Assembly: GCA_964394065.1 (NCBI GenBank)
Contig: CAYMXM010000001.1
Location: 46-64,045, forward strand
DNA: 64,000 nt
Direction of reading: 5' to 3'
Source of the DNA: an uncultured Pirellula sp.
GTDB taxonomy: Bacteria > Planctomycetota > Planctomycetia > Pirellulales > Pirellulaceae
Part shown: positions 28,302 through 37,815 of the stretch, one piece after another
Numbering within the stretch: position 1 is the first letter of the stretch
Layout of the letters: each line of letters starts with the position of its first letter
Program-made: the position numbers and the translations under genes
Notes under the pieces: model-generated
The model's input: the letters and a program-made list of their open reading frames with translations, nothing else
Told to the model about the DNA's origin: nothing
Database searches by the model: none

Positions 28302-28372
28302 CCAAAAATGTGCGCGCCTACTTCGCGGTCAACGGCTGGGCCCGGACGCCAAAATTTTGCCCCCCTCCCCGA
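28302..28372 (-). other. Candidate cos/packaging site
   Basis: Minus strand reads GGGGAGGGGGGCAAAATTTT...GACCGCG...GCGCGCACATTTTTGG, resembling the layout of cos regions in HNH/P27-terminase phages (recognition only). Confidence 0.4.
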
Positions 28373-28568
28373 CCGTCGTGCGGCTTTCCGCACAGCCCGT
28401 CCTGTCCCTGAACTAACAGGTCGGTCGGTCTGAAGCGCCATTTCCCACCGAGTACCTTCTATGCAAACGAAGGTCTTAATGGGTATGATCCGAACGTTTG
28501 ACTACTAACTCTGGTTCGGATGAGCCGGTAGCAAAAGCCTCGTAGAGCTGGAGGACACATAGAAAAGT

Positions 28569-30290
28569 ATGGACAGAGTAACAACCAATCTATTGCAAGA
28601 GTTCGTAAGGGAAAACCAACATGAGTCCTTGCAAGTATCTGAGCAGTTTGAACACTTTGTTAATTTTGCGACGGTGTCCCGCGAGTACGCAGATACCTTT
28701 GACCACACCTCCGTCCATGTGGGAAAAGACGGAAACCCAGGAATCGACGGGGTTGGAATCATCGTAAACGGAGCGATCGTTGACGATGCCGAGGAGATTG
28801 ACGATCTATTGGAAAAAAACAAGTACCTCGAAGTTACGTACGTTTTCGTGCAAGCAAAAACGAGCAGTTCGTTCTCAAGTGGCGATATCAGCACGTTCAT
28901 TGAGTCTGTTCGGGATTTTTTCCGTGAGGTTCCCGGACAGGTACAAAGCGAGGACCTCAAGAGAAAGTTTGACCTTCAATCTAAAATCCTCAGTCATTCG
29001 GGGAAGATGCGAGCTAATCCAAAGTGCAGCTTGTACTACGTCACGACTGGCACATGGGTCGGTGATCAGAATTTAGTTTCCCGAATAGAGTCGGGTAAAA
29101 AGGATCTTGAAGACACAGAGCTGTTTAGTACAGTTTCCGTGACTGCATGTGGAGCGAGGGAAATCCAACAGTACTATCGTCAAAGCAAGGAGACGCTCGA
29201 CGCAGAGTTTGATTTCACTAACAAAGTGACGCTCCCATCGATCCCCGGTATCAACGAGGCACATATAGGCATCCTCCCAATGGGAACGATTCTTCGCCTT
29301 ATTTCCGACAGTGTCGGAAACGTGAGAAAGGCCGTTTTTGAGGACAATATTCGAGACTTTCAAGGTAGCTCGGAGATTAACGAACGAATCCAAACAACAT
29401 TGAAGGATGACGAAGCGGCGCTGAGATTTGCCGTTTTGAACAACGGAATTACCATCGTCTGCAGGAACCTCAGGTTTACAGGAGCACGCTGCAAGATTGA
29501 TGGCTTTCAGGTTGTGAACGGTTGCCAAACCTGTCACGTCCTTTTCAATTGCTCCTCCGTTAATCACGCGGATAATGTTTTTGTTCCGGTTAAGCTAATT
29601 GCGACACAGGACGAAGACATTGTCAATTCGATCATTCGCTCAACCAATTCACAGAACGAGGTCAAGCCTGAGCAGCTAGAAGCGATGACGGAGTTCCAAA
29701 AAACATTGGAGACTTTCTATAAGACCTATAGGAAAACTCCGGGAGAGCTTTTTTATGAACGCCGATCAAAGCAATATGCTTCCGAACCTATAGAAAAAAC
29801 TCGAATTATCACGATTCCCACTCAGATCAAATCGTTTTCCGCGTTGTTTCTGGCGGTCCCCCATCGCGTCGCAGGCTACTACGGAACCATACGCGAAAGA
29901 ATGAACGATCAAATTTTCAAACCAGAACATAAACCTATCGCATACTACGCTTGCGGCTATGCGTGGTACAGGCTTGAGACACACTTCCGAGTGAAGGGAG
30001 TTGACTTTAACAAGTGGAGGTCGCTTAAGTGGTATATGCTGATGATTTTTGCGAGAATGGCAGCTGGTGCTCCCCCACAAGCAGCAACAAGGGAATGTGA
30101 GAGATATTGCGAAAAGCTCATAAAGAAGCTGGATGACACCCAAGAAGTTAAGCGATTGTTCGACTCAATTGCAACTCGGCTCTCAAAGATTAATCCAAAG
30201 ACGGATAAGGATTCGGTGAAGACTCTGAATTTCAGAGATTCTATTTTGGATGGTTTCAAAGACTTGCTTCTTCCAGAGAAAAATCGATAA
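28569..30290 (+). CDS. AIPR family protein (abortive infection phage resistance), moron
   Basis: FEDNIRDF, FAVLNNGITI, QVVNGCQT and STNSQN motifs; opposite strand; AT-richer than its neighbours. Confidence 0.88.
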   Translation: MDRVTTNLLQEFVRENQHESLQVSEQFEHFVNFATVSREYADTFDHTSVHVGKDGNPGIDGVGIIVNGAIVDDAEEIDDLLEKNKYLEVTYVFVQAKTSSSFSSGDISTFIESVRDFFREVPGQVQSEDLKRKFDLQSKILSHSGKMRANPKCSLYYVTTGTWVGDQNLVSRIESGKKDLEDTELFSTVSVTACGAREIQQYYRQSKETLDAEFDFTNKVTLPSIPGINEAHIGILPMGTILRLISDSVGNVRKAVFEDNIRDFQGSSEINERIQTTLKDDEAALRFAVLNNGITIVCRNLRFTGARCKIDGFQVVNGCQTCHVLFNCSSVNHADNVFVPVKLIATQDEDIVNSIIRSTNSQNEVKPEQLEAMTEFQKTLETFYKTYRKTPGELFYERRSKQYASEPIEKTRIITIPTQIKSFSALFLAVPHRVAGYYGTIRERMNDQIFKPEHKPIAYYACGYAWYRLETHFRVKGVDFNKWRSLKWYMLMIFARMAAGAPPQAATRECERYCEKLIKKLDDTQEVKRLFDSIATRLSKINPKTDKDSVKTLNFRDSILDGFKDLLLPEKNR

Positions 30291-30379
30291 AGGTCAAACT
30301 GGCATTCTGCTTGGCAGATAGGATTTCTTCGTTATGTGGGTCCACCGGGGCTACACAACCCATGAGCCAATCACCTTCT

Positions 30380-30802
30380 TTAAGTTGCGTCATCAAACAC
30401 CTCACATTGAGCATATCGGACTGGTGGCCGCGTCCCACCAGGGATACCAACCAACCAAGGGAAGTCATCATCGCCGCCATAACCGAGGAGAGCACAGTGC
30501 GCCCACTCTTCGTTCTCACTATCGCGAACACGACACTGCAAAGTCCCCGCTTGCACAAGATCAGAGAACCGAGCCGGTCTCCACTTGCGTTCAGCCCAGT
30601 CCCAACCGTCACAGTTGGGCAATATCCTCAACCAACTCGGTAGCTCACGTGGGAGTGTCAACGTGTCGCCATTACGTGTTATCGCTATCATCGGATTGCC
30701 GCCCTCGAAGTCCGAGCATGTTTCTAGGTCTAGCACAACTTGGGAGCGTACGCCGTCCAACGACTCGAGCCAGTCACCAACAAAGATTACGTTACTCATC
30801 AA
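30380..30802 (-). CDS. Hypothetical phage protein
   Basis: GAGGTG RBS; contains LPNCDGWDW...KWRPA...CRVRD. Confidence 0.7.
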   Translation of the reverse strand: MMSNVIFVGDWLESLDGVRSQVVLDLETCSDFEGGNPMIAITRNGDTLTLPRELPSWLRILPNCDGWDWAERKWRPARFSDLVQAGTLQCRVRDSENEEWAHCALLGYGGDDDFPWLVGIPGGTRPPVRYAQCEVFDDAT

Positions 30803-30847
30803 TCACCTCACAGAATGTGTAGTTAACGATGTAGTTTCGACCATTGC

Positions 30848-31258
30848 TTATCGCGAGCCAGGGGAGCGCAGTCGGGAGAACACATCCGCTCTCGTCCACC
30901 TGGAATGTGCTGTACCCACATAGCACAGCGGCCCCAATGGGGCATCCTCATTGTCCCGTACACGACACCTAACAGGAGCCGTTGTGTTGATGTCCATAGG
31001 CGTAGCGGGTCGCCACTTGTCAAGCTTCCCCAAACAGTACGTCGGGCAGCTTTGTAATTCAGGGCTTCCCCACACATGGATACAATACAATCTTACCACG
31101 ATAATCGACGCCAATCATGGGGTTGGCTGTTGTGGTATTCCGATTGCTCTGGGCGAGTGTCAACTGAGATTGACTCGCTGGTCAGTTCGCAAATGCTAAA
31201 GTATCCATTTGAGTCCCTTTACCCTGCCTTTCTTCGACACTTTCAAATCAGTGATCAT
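30848..31258 (-). pseudogene. Degenerate paralog of 30380-30802
   Basis: Strong RBS at 31258 with an early stop. NPMIG in one frame and KWRPATPMD...CRVRDNE in another match NPMIA and KWRPARFSD...CRVRDSE of the neighbour. Confidence 0.55.
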
Positions 31259-31303
31259 CGTTTTCCCTCTTCTCCTTTTTGTGGTGAACCTTTCCATCGT
31301 GAA

Positions 31304-32986
31304 TCACACTAGTGCTTTCGGTATCGGTAGCATTTTCTCTGAGTGAGACTTGATCAGAGCCGTGACTAGCTCTCCACGCTTTTCGAGTTTCGTCGACAGC
31401 TTCAACTCTTTGCATCGGATCTGCAATTGATGAATCGTATGTCGGCCTAGCCAAACGGTGAGCAATTGCTGTTGCGGCCCTTCCTCCGTTGTCGACTTCC
31501 AGAAGTCTCTCATGCTGATTCCGCAGAACTCAGACAATTGATCAACCAAGTGATGTTGGAGCGCCGGCAGTTTCGAAAGATCGGGGAGTTCCCCAGCTCC
31601 TGGAATCTCTTTGCTCTTCGTTGGTTTGCAGGAGACAGGCCACAGCATGAGACGCCACCAATCCACTAGGTATCGAACACCGTGGGAAACCGGGAGGCGA
31701 ATTGGGGATCCCCAACCGCTCTTCAGGGACTTGGCTTGGGCGTCGGCTTCGTCATACGCCAGCGAAACAATGTCTTGCATTCTGTTCGATTGCAAATACG
31801 CCTCGATCACGAATCCGAGCGTTGATAGCTTTTGCGTCTCAGTCGCGTTCAACGCCAACTGACAACGTAGAGCCATTGACTTCCACTCTGCGGTAAAGTT
31901 CTTCAGCCTTCGATCGGCTTCGGCTCGATTCTCCTTGTCGATCTCGGCTTGCTCCTCGGGGGACAACGCGGGAGCTGCGCCGTCGAGCTTTTTCTTCGCG
32001 TTCCCGTTGCGAGCCCTGGAGACGGACCTTCTCTCCAACGCTTTCGTTTGAAGCTTATCCCACAACTTCATGTTCGTAGTTGCGATGTACTTCTCACCTG
32101 CAACCTGAAACTCGATCGGGTTTAGCTCCTGCAATTGCTCGGCGGTCGGCTTGAAGAGCATCTTATCGCAACCGTGGAAAGTCTTATCGACTTGCCAGTT
32201 GCTTATCTCCCGATCATCCATCGGGCGAGTGAACTGGCTGAATGTCCACTCAAGCCAGTACGGCCATTCGTCGGTAGTCATCAATTCCACTCGGTTCTCT
32301 TCATCGAGCAGGTCTGATTCGATCTTCTCCATCATCGCGGGGATCTCCAGCAACGGTATCAGTCGCCGAGCTGCTCGTTCGCTCAACTTCCCTGAGATGA
32401 TCATGGTTCGAATCGATTCGGGGAGTCGCAGGATCCGCAAAGCGTTCTTCGTGCCGCTGTCGCTGTTGAGACCGACGGCCTTACCGGCTGCGGCTCGCTC
32501 CAGGCCGGATCCCCCTTCGGAAATTGGCCGCATCAGTTTCGAAATCAACTCGGCTCGCTCAACAGCATTCAAGTCGCGTCGGTTGCTGTTCGCTGCAGCT
32601 AGGCGAACCAACGCATCGTCGGAGTTCTCACGAACGACCGTTGCACGAATCGTATCGCGTTTCAGTTCCATCAATGCGCGGTAGCGACGCTCGCCGCTAA
32701 GAAGCTCATAGGGATACTTGCTATCCCCGGTAGCTCGAACGGTTGCTGGCTCAAGCTGCCCGAAGGTAGCGATCGAGTCGGCTAGGTCGTAGATCGAGCT
32801 ATCCCCCTTCAAGTTGCGATTGCTCGCATGCGGTTTGATTTGCTGGATCGGAATATCTTCGATAAGGCACTCGGTCACGAGGGCTTTGGCTGGGTTCGTT
32901 CCCGAGTATTCCTCGGGCTTTTCGACATTTGTAGTCGGCTGTTTGCACGCGGTAGTCGGCTTGCGTTTTGATGTGGTAGATGCCAT
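31304..32986 (-). CDS. ParB/Spo0J N-terminal domain protein
   Basis: LADSIATFGQLEP...YELLSGERRYRA and NSNRRDLN motifs, followed by an HTH. Confidence 0.88.
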   Translation of the reverse strand: MASTTSKRKPTTACKQPTTNVEKPEEYSGTNPAKALVTECLIEDIPIQQIKPHASNRNLKGDSSIYDLADSIATFGQLEPATVRATGDSKYPYELLSGERRYRALMELKRDTIRATVVRENSDDALVRLAAANSNRRDLNAVERAELISKLMRPISEGGSGLERAAAGKAVGLNSDSGTKNALRILRLPESIRTMIISGKLSERAARRLIPLLEIPAMMEKIESDLLDEENRVELMTTDEWPYWLEWTFSQFTRPMDDREISNWQVDKTFHGCDKMLFKPTAEQLQELNPIEFQVAGEKYIATTNMKLWDKLQTKALERRSVSRARNGNAKKKLDGAAPALSPEEQAEIDKENRAEADRRLKNFTAEWKSMALRCQLALNATETQKLSTLGFVIEAYLQSNRMQDIVSLAYDEADAQAKSLKSGWGSPIRLPVSHGVRYLVDWWRLMLWPVSCKPTKSKEIPGAGELPDLSKLPALQHHLVDQLSEFCGISMRDFWKSTTEEGPQQQLLTVWLGRHTIHQLQIRCKELKLSTKLEKRGELVTALIKSHSEKMLPIPKALV

Positions 32987-33053
32987 AGTTTGTTGTCCTT
33001 TCGGGGATAATTGAGAGGGTGTGAGGGGGAAGCAGCTCACGCCCTCTTTTTCG

Positions 33054-34166
33054 TTACTGGGTTGGTGGTTGAGGGTTGGTGGGCGTTGTTGGTCTAGGAC
33101 GTCCTAGGTTTGCGATTATCTTGCGTTCCTCCTCGGTGAATCCCTTTGCACGCTCTTCGGGGGCCAGATAGATTTTTGACCGTTGTTCTTGAGGAGGACT
33201 CGGGGGAGAGGGCGACGGAGCCGGTGGAACGAACGGCGGACACCTTGCTCGAATCTCGTAGTAGGACAATTCCAGGTCCTGGCAGATTCCACGAGCACAT
33301 GCTCGAAGGTAGTTCGCAGGGGAGGAGAAAGATTGCTTGCCTCGGATGCCAGCGCGTTGTTCTGCAAGCTGTTCGCCACCAGTGATTCGCTGGGCAACCA
33401 AGCAGACGAAGGCTAACTCCCACGCTACCGAAAGGATCTCGGGACGCAAATGCTTCGGGAACGCAGTGACGATCTTCTCGGATGCTTCGATGAGTTCGTC
33501 CAGTTGATCGTCGTCATCGTCATCAACAGCCGCCGTCGCCGTCTCATTCTCCAAGCGACGGCGACAGCGGTAGTGATTAAGCGTAAGCGTATATAAAGAG
33601 GGATTTGAAATTGTCGCTTCGTTGTCGTTCGATTGTCGCCCAGTTGTCGCGACATTGTCGTCTTGTTGTCGCGAGTTTGTCGCGTTGTTGTCGTGCGACT
33701 GTCGCCCTGTTGTCGCGTCGGTTTGGCCCTCCGCCGAGACATCATTTTCGGGGGGGCAATTTTCCCAAACGATGCCAGACGAAGCCTCTGCAAGTGCAAC
33801 GATGTTGGACCAATTGATTTGCAGAGCAACCATTCCATCTTCGCCAGGGACGGAACGGCACAGGCGTACAAGATCAAGGTCCTGCAATCGCTTCAACGCC
33901 CGCTGAACATTTCGCAAACAGCAGTCAAGCTCGACGGTAAGCTGTTCATGCGTTCTGGTGAAAGTATCGAAGCCGCACAGGCGAACAGCGTTTCGCAGGA
34001 GAATCCCAGTCGCCGACTTCACCCTTATGCCAGCGACGCTCAATGCAATCTCTGTCGTCTTGAGCATTTGGTTACGGGCGATATCTCGGGCAACCTCACT
34101 AGCCTTCTTATCCTGAGCGGCACCAAACTGGTGATCAAAGAGGGGATATTCCGACTCTCGTGTCAT
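33054..34166 (-). CDS. Replication initiator-like protein
   Basis: N-terminal HTH (EQLTVELDCCLRNVQRALKRLQDLDLV), an internal 11-aa repeat linker encoded by iteron-like DNA, and a C-terminal helical domain. Confidence 0.75.
   Translation of the reverse strand: MTRESEYPLFDHQFGAAQDKKASEVARDIARNQMLKTTEIALSVAGIRVKSATGILLRNAVRLCGFDTFTRTHEQLTVELDCCLRNVQRALKRLQDLDLVRLCRSVPGEDGMVALQINWSNIVALAEASSGIVWENCPPENDVSAEGQTDATTGRQSHDNNATNSRQQDDNVATTGRQSNDNEATISNPSLYTLTLNHYRCRRRLENETATAAVDDDDDDQLDELIEASEKIVTAFPKHLRPEILSVAWELAFVCLVAQRITGGEQLAEQRAGIRGKQSFSSPANYLRACARGICQDLELSYYEIRARCPPFVPPAPSPSPPSPPQEQRSKIYLAPEERAKGFTEEERKIIANLGRPRPTTPTNPQPPTQ
33611..33715. repeat. Putative origin iterons: ten (T/C)TGTCG motifs at exact 11-bp spacing
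   Basis: Motif starts at 33611, 33622, 33633, 33644, 33655, 33666, 33677, 33688, 33699 and 33710; AT-rich tract at about 33575-33612. Confidence 0.8.
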
Positions 34167-34575
34167 TTTTGTATCTCCGGCATCATGTCGGAAGAGTGTT
34201 GTAAATTGCGTTGTAAATCGGGTGTTTTTCGATGCCAAAAACCAAGAAACAATAGTCTTAGGAAGACTATGGTTTTCAGCGTTTTTGAATCGCCTTCATC
34301 GACCTCTAAAGGCGTACCTTTAGCGGTCCGAGCAACCATCAGTTGCTAAGTTGAGTGCGTACAACGAACGGACTGAGAAACGCTCAGTTTTTGAACATCG
34401 ATGTTCGCGGGATCAAATTGTCCGTACCGGTAGCGGCTCCGTTGGCTCGCATTGCAAATTGAGACAGCGGTTAGGCAGACCGGACGTCGGGGAGGGGAGC
34501 GGTTAAGGTCCAGATGGCATGGTTGTGAGCCTTCTTGTTAAAGTGAATTGTCTTGGTGCAGTTGAGCTGCGCCGG

Positions 34576-34998
34576 CTAGCCGGGACGCTCGAACTCGATC
34601 GCGGCTAGTAGGCCGATGTCTCTTGCAAGCAGCAAGCAGCTGACGGCGTTGTGACACGCCATGAGACGATGTGCGATCTGTTTAACGAACTCACTCCGAC
34701 ACTCTTCTGAGATACGGAGGAATGGGCCTAAGGCACATCCACAGCTCGGATAAGCTTGCACATATTCCCACATAGCATCACGCCAATGGTCCGGAAGATC
34801 GCTAGGCACGCCATCTTCAACGATGTGCATTTGTCGTGTTTCGATTCGCGCGTGATCGGCACCTTCCGGAACCATGCAAGAAATGGTTTTATGAACTTCG
34901 CTTCTCCAAATCTTCCCAGGCACCAATAGCGTCGGTAGCCCCCACTCGCGCACGTCGATGCGGTCAAGCAACCGTCGTTCGATCGAGACGGCGCTCAT
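34576..34998 (-). CDS. Hypothetical phage protein
   Basis: ORF with an AGGA RBS at 34998. Confidence 0.6.
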   Translation of the reverse strand: MSAVSIERRLLDRIDVREWGLPTLLVPGKIWRSEVHKTISCMVPEGADHARIETRQMHIVEDGVPSDLPDHWRDAMWEYVQAYPSCGCALGPFLRISEECRSEFVKQIAHRLMACHNAVSCLLLARDIGLLAAIEFERPG

Positions 34999-35008
34999 CG
35001 CGGTGTTC

Positions 35009-35650
35009 CTAAGGGGTGTTGCCATCATCTAAAAGCGCCCTCCCTTTCTCTGTCGGGGTAAAGATTGGTCCAGGCATCCACGCAGCATCTTCTCTCGATA
35101 CCAGACCGGCAGTCCACATGTGCTGCAGGAAAAAGAATTCCTCAGACTCGTACTCCGAGACTAAGTAATAGGGGGGCTCATCCACCATGCGCTTAAGAAA
35201 CTCTCGCGCACGACCGGTGTTGGAACAATTGACTTCCTTGAGACGTTCCTGTTCAATCGGGAAATCGAAACCGTCTCCATGTAGTTTCGCGAGAAGCCTA
35301 TACGCTTTTCCACGTTTTCTGATACAGGCAACGAGGGATTCTGTTTTCTCCTGAAGCTTCCTTTTTAGCCCCTCAATGTGCTCTTCTCGAGTGGTTTTAA
35401 AACCCATGAGCCGAAAGGCCGCGTCACTTATTCCTGTGCTTGCTTTGATGGCATCTTTGAGACACCGGTACTCAAGCATGTCGAGCAAACCAGAATGCGC
35501 CGGATCTAGATGGGTCAAAGCAGCCAGCGCAGCGTCGACGTCTCTCGCTACTTGTTCGACCTTCTCTGTCATGAACACCTCGATTTCATACTCGATATGT
35601 TCTCCCTGAGTGCATGTGCTGTAGCGTCGCCTGATTTTGATTGATGACAT
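35009..35650 (-). CDS. Hypothetical protein with a C-terminal winged-helix-like motif
   Basis: C-terminus LQHMWTAGLVS...PTEKGRALL. Confidence 0.65.
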   Translation of the reverse strand: MSSIKIRRRYSTCTQGEHIEYEIEVFMTEKVEQVARDVDAALAALTHLDPAHSGLLDMLEYRCLKDAIKASTGISDAAFRLMGFKTTREEHIEGLKRKLQEKTESLVACIRKRGKAYRLLAKLHGDGFDFPIEQERLKEVNCSNTGRAREFLKRMVDEPPYYLVSEYESEEFFFLQHMWTAGLVSREDAAWMPGPIFTPTEKGRALLDDGNTP

Positions 35651-35747
35651 ATATCGTTCCTAAGTGGGTATAAGAAGAGCCGACTCGACGATTTCAGCAT
35701 CGCGAGGAAAGCACGTTTTGATTTGTCAGACGGGTTTGTGGGCTATT

Positions 35748-35987
35748 TCATGATGGCTGCTCCTCAAGTAACGCTTTGCCTTTCTCGGTCGCTTGGTAGA
35801 TCAGCCCAGGACACCAGGATCGGACACTCTTTGTCATCAGCCCCTCTTTGACCATGCGTTCAAGAACATCGAAATTTTCGCATCTCTCCTCGGTAACGAA
35901 GTGGTTTCGATAGTTCTTTGGATAGCCGGTCGTGTGTCTGAGGATTTCCAGGCGTCGCTCTTCGAAAGTTGCGCTGGGTGAAGTCAC
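35748..35987 (-). CDS. Small winged-helix-like phage protein
   Basis: YRNHF...LERMVKEGLM...YQATEKGKALL; GTG start. Confidence 0.65.
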   Translation of the reverse strand: MTSPSATFEERRLEILRHTTGYPKNYRNHFVTEERCENFDVLERMVKEGLMTKSVRSWCPGLIYQATEKGKALLEEQPS

Positions 35988-36000
35988 GGTAAAGGGCCTT

Positions 36001-36627
36001 TCAAAAGGGAAATAAGGAGGTCGTAACTGCCGACTGCGACTCGAGCCACGGAAGAGCTGCGGGGATCGCTGGTGACATCCGACGGAACCGTTCGCCGAAT
36101 GCCCATTCACAGAGTCGTTCGCATTGACGCATCGAGAGACCGAAGCATTCGTCGCGAATCCGCGATCCGCAAAGCCAGTAGTAGGATCGATCGAAGAGTC
36201 GACCGATCGCTAGATTCGCGACTGGAGACCAGGGGCATTGCTTGTGGGGGACGTGGCCAACGATCGCCGTCGATCGCCCACGACGTTCGTCGAAGCTGAG
36301 TCGGCGGATCGGCTGCAGGAAGACATGCTTCCCGACGCGCCATTGAGTTAGCTCGATAAATACCGAGTCGAAAATTCCGTCCCCGCCACACTTCCAGCAA
36401 ACATCCTCGAAGCCTGAGTAGTCGCATACGCCGCCGCGTCCTCCACATCGCCAGCATGGGTAGTCGATTCGCTGAACCACCTTGCCGGTGCAAGTTCCAA
36501 TGGACTCGCAGATCGCAGTCTTGAGTTGATAAAACTCATCTTTGGCCAAGGGAGCCGTGTTCGCGGCCCAGAGCACGTGAGCGACTCGATTGATTTGCTC
36601 TTTGGCGACTTCAGAAAACGTACTCAT
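36001..36627 (-). CDS. Protein with DnaJ-type zinc-finger repeats
   Basis: CWRCGGRG and CWKCGGDG; ATGA overlap with the upstream gene. Confidence 0.7.
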   Translation of the reverse strand: MSTFSEVAKEQINRVAHVLWAANTAPLAKDEFYQLKTAICESIGTCTGKVVQRIDYPCWRCGGRGGVCDYSGFEDVCWKCGGDGIFDSVFIELTQWRVGKHVFLQPIRRLSFDERRGRSTAIVGHVPHKQCPWSPVANLAIGRLFDRSYYWLCGSRIRDECFGLSMRQCERLCEWAFGERFRRMSPAIPAALPWLESQSAVTTSLFPF

Positions 36628-37313
36628 TCTGCACTCGGAATGGTGAGGTCGATATATGACGGATCGCAATCGATTTCGAGTTTGGTTCCGGCTGCCTTCA
36701 TGGCAAAAAGAGCTTGCTCGAAACCGTAGAGTGGACCGATAAACAATCCCTTGAGGTCGTTGTATTTCCCGAGCTGCAAGCGGTAGAGTTCCCCGTTGTG
36801 AATGCCGATTTGAATATCGCAATCCTTTTCGAGCTTCCCCGTCTCCTTATCCAGAAACAACTCGTGAAATCCTTTGTAACGACCTTCGTTGAGGATTGCC
36901 GTGACCGTATGGGATCCGTCGCAGTAGCATCCATACTCGTGCTCTTTGACGTGCTTCACAAATAACTCAACAAGTGTCGATAGTTTGATTGACTCCGGGG
37001 GAGGAGAGAGGAGTGTCTCCAGATCACCTACTACTTGTCTCTGAATCGCATTGTCCATAGCCTCCGCTAGGAGGCGTCGGGTGATTTTCAAGATGGCGTC
37101 GTTGTAGCTTGGCAAGTCGAGTTTTCCATGCAAGCCGATGGCTTCTTGGATCGTTTTCGCAAGCTGCTTGCTGAACTCGCTGTAAGGCTCCAACGATTGC
37201 CGAATCGCATGAGCAACGGACTTGTGCAGTTGCTCCTCGATCGCTTTTTCGATCTCGCCCGATGCGATGACGCTATCCATCGCTTTTCGCAGAACCGATT
37301 CAATGGTCGTCAT
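36624..37313 (-). CDS. Hypothetical phage protein
   Basis: 229-aa ORF coupled to its neighbours. Confidence 0.75.
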   Translation of the reverse strand: MTTIESVLRKAMDSVIASGEIEKAIEEQLHKSVAHAIRQSLEPYSEFSKQLAKTIQEAIGLHGKLDLPSYNDAILKITRRLLAEAMDNAIQRQVVGDLETLLSPPPESIKLSTLVELFVKHVKEHEYGCYCDGSHTVTAILNEGRYKGFHELFLDKETGKLEKDCDIQIGIHNGELYRLQLGKYNDLKGLFIGPLYGFEQALFAMKAAGTKLEIDCDPSYIDLTIPSAE

Positions 37314-37315
37314 GC

Positions 37316-37606
37316 TTAGATGCCCTCGTCTTTCGGGACCAAGGAGTCGATCGCTGCGCTGACAGCTCGTTGCAGCTTGGCATCGTTACCGTCGTAGTGA
37401 ATTTGGATGTCCGCTATCTTGGCCAGCTTGGCTGGTAGCGGTTTATCCGTTCGCAAGATGGCGATGAGGGGTTTGTCGGTCGATGCCACATAGCCCGCTT
37501 GAAGCATTGCCGACAAGCGATTGATTGCGCCGTCCCAGACCAAGACGAAAACGTCGGCTTGGTCAAGTTCCTCCAGCGACAATGGCTTGTCAAGAATGGT
37601 TACCAT
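37316..37606 (-). CDS. Nucleoside 2-deoxyribosyltransferase/TIR-like fold protein
   Basis: ADVFVLVWD...SAMLQAGYVASTDKPLIA resembles the NDT pattern aD.vv......t..E.GyA....Kp.i, with Q in place of E. Confidence 0.5.
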   Translation of the reverse strand: MVTILDKPLSLEELDQADVFVLVWDGAINRLSAMLQAGYVASTDKPLIAILRTDKPLPAKLAKIADIQIHYDGNDAKLQRAVSAAIDSLVPKDEGI

Positions 37607-37815
37607 CGTGAGCTTCTCGCTTTCTTGAAGTTGCGGTTGAGGGTGCGGTCCATCCTGGCACACTCCTCCGGGTGGCGTTCTCGCATTCGTTCGACGAGCC
37701 GCTCCTCTACGAGGGAGAGTGAGCGATTGCTCACGTGAGCGTGTGTTAGTGCCGAGAGATACAGCTCGGCTTGGTGCGGATCGATCGATCTCGGCTTAGT
37801 TGCGAGCATCAGCAT
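37600..37815 (-). CDS. Small hypothetical protein
   Basis: AAGGA RBS; overlaps both neighbours. Confidence 0.55.
   Translation of the reverse strand: MLMLATKPRSIDPHQAELYLSALTHAHVSNRSLSLVEERLVERMRERHPEECARMDRTLNRNFKKARSSRW

Noticed and set aside
33611-33715. Possible CRISPR array or mini-array
   Set aside because: Repeats are 6 bp with 5-bp gaps, lie inside a gene, and no cas genes are present; better explained as iterons. No CRISPR array was seen elsewhere.
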